A DNA stretch of 64,000 bases, taken from Eledone cirrhosa. Taxonomy: Eukaryota. This document shows positions 58,030 to 64,000 of the stretch, piece by piece. Position 1 is the first letter of the stretch, and each line of letters opens with the position of its first letter. Below the pieces are notes generated by a model, which was not told the origin of the DNA, made no database searches, and saw only the letters and a list, made by a program, of their open reading frames with translations. The stretch covers positions 47,678,001 through 47,742,000 of the forward strand of contig OZ024750.1 in the NCBI GenBank assembly GCA_964016885.1, written 5' to 3'. A program made the translations under genes and the position numbers.

Positions 58030-58720
58030 TTGTGTATATTTGTATGCAAGTAACCATTTTCAATATTCTCTTTCGTATTGTTTTTCCAATATTAATTCCT
58101 CCATCTATAAAGTAATATATCTTTACTTGTCAGTATATATCAAACTATATTCAGTATATTTCAAACAATGCTCTCCTTGCCACAACCTCAATAAGAACAA
58201 TAAAACCGCACATTTCCTTGATTAACACAATTGACAAATGACATCTTAACTCTATAATAAAATGAAATAAAACAGAAACTAAAATATTAGATGCAGCGAA
58301 AATTTTAATTTCAATTTTAATTTTATTTAATATTTATGTCGATGATTTTATTTGATTTCTTATTATTTTTTATTGCCATTGTTTGCATTATAAATGCGTT
58401 TTCATTTCCATAAAATCTGTTTTCTTTTTTTTATTTTAGTCACTTCACAGAATGATAGACATTTTAATGTGATCAACATTACATAGGTGTCGTTGCTGCT
58501 GTTTTTATCATTACAGTTATAATTATAATTATTATTTTTTTAGTTTATTTTTATTTTCATTATCATAAGCGACCTCGTCATCGTTATTATTATTATTATC
58601 ATCATCATCAACAAATGTTCTTCATCTGTTTATTATGTTGCTTTCATTGTTTTATAGAGAACAGAATATTACATTGTTCTGGCATGATTTACTATCACAT
58701 TCAAATGTATAAAAGAATTA

Positions 58721-58785
<65 letters not shown>

Positions 58786-59329
58786 CACATAAAAGAGTGC
58801 GTGTATATATATATGTGTGTGTGTGAGTGTGTGTGTGTATAAATATGTACATAAATTATACATACACACAGCCATATACATGCATTCATTCAGGCACGCA
58901 TATAGACTCACAACTGAACATACTTACATACATAAATTCATATATATTTACATACACACACATGCACACGTACATACATACACACATACATACATTAAAA
59001 TACTGTGCAAGATTTAATTTATATATTTTTTATTCACAATATATATTATATTTTAAATTATCACATGAATATATGTTTTAGTTATTTTCACGTCTTTACA
59101 ATCATAACAAATCAGTTTAAATATAACAAATTCAACTAATAAATGTCGTCTGCTTTTTATTTACCATCAACTTCAAAGGAACATTGGTTAACTTATTTCG
59201 AAATCTTAATTCCTTTAAAACAGGAAATGATCATTTCTTTCTTCTCTCTATCTCTTCCTACGCTACATGTATTGCATCATATAGTATAACATTTCTTCTT
59301 ATTATTATTATTCCTTCTTCTTCTTCTTC

Positions 59330-59385
<56 letters not shown>

Positions 59386-59800
59386 GGTCTTCGAGTCTCA
59401 GACATTGATATTAGTTAACTGGAAAGTGTGTTGAAGTGAATATCAAGCCACTACCTGCAGCCTCAGATGTTCAGGGCGTATCGGAGGGTTCTTGCTGTTC
59501 CCACCAAGTATGCCTTTTGAAGCGTTACAAAAAGCGTGGCGGGGCCAATTTTCTTTAACCATCTCTGGAAACTTTTTGAGATAGTACCTAGCTGCGCCTA
59601 TGACTCTCGTAACCACTTTGACTTCATGGCAGTTCCACATCCTTTTTCCCTCCCACTTTAAGTCCTGGTATCGGTTAATTTTCTCCCGCTCCTTCTCTTG
59701 CACTCTCGTGTCGAATGGGCAGGCCACATCCACAATCAGGCACGATCTTTTTTCTTTGTCCAAAACCACCAGGTCCAGGTCTATTGTATTCCAGTTCCAG
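59386..59800 (-). mobile_element. 5'-truncated Dong/R4 LINE (restriction-like endonuclease region) in (TAA)n
   Basis: (R)PDLVVLDKEKRSCLIVDVACPFD..EKINRYQDL, a PD-(D/E)xK-type motif; (TAA)n on both sides. Confidence 0.88.
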
Positions 59801-59840
59801 TATTATTATTATTATTATTATTATTATTGTTATTGTTATT

Positions 59841-62800
59841 CCTTGAATCTCAGTCATTGATGTTGGTTAACTGGAAAGTCCGTTGGATTGAATATCAAGC
59901 CACTACCTGCAGCCTCAGATATTCAGGACGTATCGGAGGGTTCTTGCCGTTCCAAGCAAGCATGCCTTTTGAAGCGTTCCAAAAAGCGTGAAGGGGCCGA
60001 TTTTCTTTAACCATCCCTGGAAACCTTTGGAGATAGTCCCCAGTGCGCCTATGACAATCGGGATCACTTTGACTTCATGGCAGTTCCAAATCCTTTTCAC
60101 CTCCCACTTTAGGTCCTGGTATCGGTTAATTTTCTCCCTCTCCTTCTCTTGCACTCTCGTGTCGAGAAGGAGAGGGGGTTGTTATTTCCTCCTTGGATAT
60201 CCCCTGGCCTACTGTCCCCTCCTTCAGTACAGCTCTGAGCATTGGCTCCTTACTATAGGTCACGTATTTGTATAGGTTGTTTTTCTCCATCTGAACACAG
60301 TCCTCTATGCTGATAAGACCTCTTCCACCCTCAGATCTCCTTAGGTAGAGTCTATCGACATCACTCCTCTTGTGGAACATGTTGTAGATAGTCAATAGCT
60401 TCCTAGTCTTCCTATCCATTTCTTTTTGTTCAGCAACATTCCATCTCAGAATTCCCGCACTGTACCTAATAATAGACACAGCTCGGGAATTTACTGCGCT
60501 TATGGCATTTCTGCTGTTCAGATGTGACTTCAATACGCTCCTTACTCTCCGAATGTATTCAGTTCTTAACAATTCCTTCATTTTTTTGTTCTTTATGCCA
60601 TCAGCCTCCAGAACGCCCAAATACTTGTATCCTTCCTCAGAGTCAATTTCCTTTATCATCTCACCTGTTGGTATCTGGATCCCGTTACTTCTGCTCAACC
60701 TACCCCTCCTCATCACAATGACTCCATATTTACCAATACCAAACTGCATACATATATCACTGCTGAAAATACGGACAGTGTCAACAAGCACATCCAACTC
60801 CTTCTCACTTTTCCCGAAGAGCTTAAGATCGTCCATGAAGAGGAGGTGATTGATGGTAAGCTCTCCCCTTCCCAACTTGTATCCTGCTCTCACTTTTCGC
60901 AGCATAATGGTCAAGGGCATCAGGGCAAGGACAAACAACAGAGGGGACAGGCTATCTCCCAGGAAGATACCTCTCTTGATCTTCACGCTTCCCAAGGATA
61001 CTCCAGTTGATGTCAACTCTGTCTCCCAGGACCCCATACTCCTGCCCAGCAACTGTCTGATGTTATCTGCCACCCTGAAGATCTCCAGGCTTTTGGTGAT
61101 CCAGGAATGAGGCACCATGTCAAATGCCTTTCTGTAGTCTATCCATCCCATGGCAAGATCAGTGTGTCTCCTCCTGCAATTCCCCATTACCATCTTATCA
61201 ATAAGCAACTGGTCCTTTGTACCACGTGACTTCTTTCGGCATCCTTTCTGTTCGTCCGGCAACAAGTTGTTTGTGTGGAGGTGATGGTAGATTTCCTCAG
61301 ACACAATGCTCGTCAACAGTTTCCACATTACGGGCAGACATGTGATAGGTCTATAGTTGGTAACATCATTACCCTTGATTCGGTCTTTCATTATCAGAAC
61401 TGTGGTACCTTTTGTCAACCACTCTGGCACCTCACCCGACACCAAGCAGTCATTGAACATGGCCGTCAGCTTCGGGTGGAGGAATGTTAAATGTTTAATC
61501 CAATACCCCTGCACACCATCTGGGCCTGGTGATTTCCAGTTGGTTAGTTTTTTGGCTTGCCCCTTAAGAGTTTCAACTGTGATACTCAAATCAGTCTGTT
61601 GCTGTGCCTGCTCACCGATCTCCCTCTGTACTGTCTCAATCCACCCTGCCTGGGCATTGTGTCTAAAATCCTGCTCCCATATTCCTCTCCAGAATGTTTT
61701 AGCTTGTTCCGCCCCAGGGATCAAGTCGTTGCCTCTTTCTTTCCCCTCAAGCTGTCCAAACAGCATCTTCTGGTTGTTGTCGAACATGCGGTTCTGTTTA
61801 TACTGACTGACTCTGTTCTCGTATCGCCTGATTTTGGCACTCTTTGCTACAATGCGTTGCTTCAATTCCTCTATGATAATATTTAGCTTTTTACTCCTAG
61901 TTTTGTATTTTATTTCCAGTCTATTTTTAGTGCCTATGTTTTTTAGTGTCCCATTCAGTAGTGACTCAAGCTTTCCTATGTCATTTCTCATTTCCCCGAT
62001 TTGCCCACTCAGTCGCTTCTTCCACCACGGCTCTGCTCTTTCTTGTCTGTTGTTTCCTCTCGCTTTTATACCAAGTATTTTCCTCACCGTATTTGCTGTT
62101 GCTTTGAGGATATTGTTGCACTGGTGAAGACTCCTCGCCTCAAGGTATGGGATGACTTTGTTTACCTTAGCTGTTGTTTCTTTTAACTTTTTCCTGTCTA
62201 CAAATCTTAGGTTCATAGGTCTCCCACTATCATTGTTCAACTCATCTACCACTAAATTTAGGATGTCAACCGAATCTTGTCCTAGCCCGTCAGCATTCAT
62301 CTCCTCAGTGGCCGTATCTCTGTTCCAGGTATTATTTATCTCAGTATTCAGATCATTGTCTGCTTCGGGTGGTTCCTCCGTTCTCAGGACCTCCTCACCT
62401 TCATTTCCCGCCGGCTCGCTTGTCTGGCATACTACACCCGCCATCTCCAAGCCATTCTCTCTGCTCAGTTCCTCCAGTTCCAGCTCGCTTATCCACCCAT
62501 TAGTTCTTATTACCCGAGCCTGCCCGGCCAATTTTTGTTCATCTAATTTAAATAAACCAATCACGTTCCAGATGTTATGCATCCGTCTCCTGTAGCCCCT
62601 CTCTTTGGGGTTACTTTTCAGGTAGCATTGCATAACAGTTCTATTCAATTCTTTCGTCCAGTTGGTTCTGGCCCCTTTCCTTCTTCTTCTTCCTCCAACA
62701 TCAGCAGTATTTGGTTGACAGTCAGGTTCCTGCTGCTGAGCCAGGGGGCACCTGTTGGGTGAGAGTCTGTCACATGACGTTCTAGTCTCCATTTCACCGT

Positions 62801-62975
62801 TATTCGAACTGTTTATGTTCGATATTTAAACACTCTTATCGAGGATTGGCGAATGTATGTTTACATAGCCATCTGTGGATCCGCCATCCCACTTGGCCCT
62901 TGTGTGGCATTATCACCACGCTGTATACGGACACACATAAACAAACAAACACACGGGCAGAAAGGGCCCCAAAAA
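59841..62975 (-). mobile_element. Dong/R4-clade non-LTR retrotransposon, near full length with internal deletion
   Basis: A single long ORF with RT, the endonuclease C-terminus (59915-60160), a 3' UTR and a (TAA)n tail. The 5' boundary is approximate. Confidence 0.92.
60126..62792 (-). CDS. R4/Dong reverse transcriptase ORF (888 aa, disrupted before zinc knuckle and endonuclease)
   Basis: KSPGPDG, NYRPITCL, EQKGC..GTKDQLLID, WIDYRKAFDMVPH, RGIFLGDSLSPLLF, HLLFMDDLKL, YKYLGV, RLYLRRSEGGRGL. Confidence 0.9.
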   Translation of the reverse strand: METRTSCDRLSPNRCPLAQQQEPDCQPNTADVGGRRRRKGARTNWTKELNRTVMQCYLKSNPKERGYRRRMHNIWNVIGLFKLDEQKLAGQARVIRTNGWISELELEELSRENGLEMAGVVCQTSEPAGNEGEEVLRTEEPPEADNDLNTEINNTWNRDTATEEMNADGLGQDSVDILNLVVDELNNDSGRPMNLRFVDRKKLKETTAKVNKVIPYLEARSLHQCNNILKATANTVRKILGIKARGNNRQERAEPWWKKRLSGQIGEMRNDIGKLESLLNGTLKNIGTKNRLEIKYKTRSKKLNIIIEELKQRIVAKSAKIRRYENRVSQYKQNRMFDNNQKMLFGQLEGKERGNDLIPGAEQAKTFWRGIWEQDFRHNAQAGWIETVQREIGEQAQQQTDLSITVETLKGQAKKLTNWKSPGPDGVQGYWIKHLTFLHPKLTAMFNDCLVSGEVPEWLTKGTTVLIMKDRIKGNDVTNYRPITCLPVMWKLLTSIVSEEIYHHLHTNNLLPDEQKGCRKKSRGTKDQLLIDKMVMGNCRRRHTDLAMGWIDYRKAFDMVPHSWITKSLEIFRVADNIRQLLGRSMGSWETELTSTGVSLGSVKIKRGIFLGDSLSPLLFVLALMPLTIMLRKVRAGYKLGRGELTINHLLFMDDLKLFGKSEKELDVLVDTVRIFSSDICMQFGIGKYGVIVMRRGRLSRSNGIQIPTGEMIKEIDSEEGYKYLGVLEADGIKNKKMKELLRTEYIRRVRSVLKSHLNSRNAISAVNSRAVSIIRYSAGILRWNVAEQKEMDRKTRKLLTIYNMFHKRSDVDRLYLRRSEGGRGLISIEDCVQMEKNNLYKYVTYSKEPMLRAVLKEGTVGQGISKEEITTPSPSRHESAREGEGEN

Positions 62976-63358
62976 TGAATAAGCATAAGTTTCATTGTAA
63001 TGTAGTATTCGAATGTCTGACTTAGTTTTTGTTTTTTAAGTTTTACTTTTCCCCCCCTCTTCTCTGTCCGTCCGCCTGCTTCTCTCTTCATTCTTATTTT
63101 CTTTACGTTTTGGGGGTTTCTTTTTTTGTTTTTGTTTTTCTCTGTTTTTCTCGTTTTTTACTGTTGTTGCTGTGCTGCTTTTGTTGTTTGTTTTTTCTTT
63201 TTTCTTTTGAGTCTATCTATATATTTTGATGCCTTCCTCTTTGTTAGTAGGAATTCTATAATGTGGAAGTGGTAGCCAGCAGAGACTGGCGGCGTTGGCG
63301 ATACTGAGACAGTGGTGGTGGTGATGTCGATACCGAGGCAGTGGTGGCGGTGATGCGA

Positions 63359-64000
63359 CCGTATTACTGTAGTGATGGTGCTGTAGCGGTGGCAGCAGCA
63401 GTGAAGGAGTCAGGGGGTGGTGGCGGCGGTGATGGGATAGTGGTGGTAATGATGGCCGTAGTGAGCGGTGGCGGTGAAGGTGAAAATGCTGTTGTGTTTA
63501 GTGTACACAGATGATGGGGTGGGTGGTGTATCTAGTTTCTGGTGTTGGTGAGTTTCGCTGTCCTATATAGTGTAGCCAGAGGAGAGGAGGGGGGGTTCTT
63601 CTTCTTCCATTTATAGCCATTTTATTTTTTGGGGGATATACAGTGTACAATACAAAGTTGAATATTTGAATATTTGAGCCGTATTACTGTAGTGATGGTG
63701 CTGTAGCGGTGGCAGCAGCAGTGAAGGAGTCAAGGGGTGGTGGCGGCGGTGATGGGATAGTGGTGGTAATGATGGCCGTAGTGAGCGGTGGCGGTGAAGG
63801 TGAAAATGCTGTTGTGTTTAGTGTACACAGATGATGGGGTGGGTGGTGTATCTAGTTTCTGGTGTTGGTGAGTTTAGCTGTCCTATATAGTGTAGCCAGA
63901 GGAGAGGAGGGGGGGTTCTTCTTCTTCCATTTATAGCCATTTTATTTTTTTGGGGATATACAGTGTACAATACAAAGTTGAATATTTGAATATTTGAGCC
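63359..64000. repeat. Tandem duplication with ~320-bp period, running off the window
   Basis: GTATTACTGTAGTGATGG starts at 63361 and 63681; the units are nearly identical. Confidence 0.9.

Noticed and set aside
60502-62762. Plus-strand ORFs over the R4 element
   Set aside because: They are antisense shadows of the RT ORF.
62793-63000. HDV-like ribozyme in the R4/Dong 5' UTR
   Set aside because: Hairpins are present (GGCCCTT/AAGGGCC, GGCGGAT/ATTCGCC), but I could not build the nested double pseudoknot.

Overview
AT-rich, microsatellite-saturated animal genomic DNA; I could not support any host gene. The repeat repertoire (Nin-domain tRNA SINEs, Dong/R4, RTE, Tx1, very abundant (TA)n) suggests a coleoid cephalopod such as Octopus, which is an inference. 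Coding remnants are all transposons: a near-complete Naiad-type Penelope-like element (PLE; RT plus GIY-YIG, 1-2812), a second PLE fragment, a long Dong/R4 LINE, RTE and Tx1 LINE fragments, and a deleted mariner. Non-coding elements include Helitron-like elements and a probable solo LTR. The main signal not visible in the ORF track is RNA structure. About 20 intact or degenerate type I hammerhead ribozyme (HHR) motifs, from roughly 10 unrelated sequence families, lie in short elements inserted in (TA)n. These often form asymmetric inverted repeats. Highlights are (i) a 630-bp tandem array with an intact full-length HHR in each unit (retrozyme-like), (ii) a high-copy family with a U3-A8 core-variant HHR, one copy of which starts exactly at the predicted cleavage site, and (iii) a tRNA-like cloverleaf packaged in the same PLE-type inverted architecture. 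All folds were done by eye, and coordinates may be off by a few bases.
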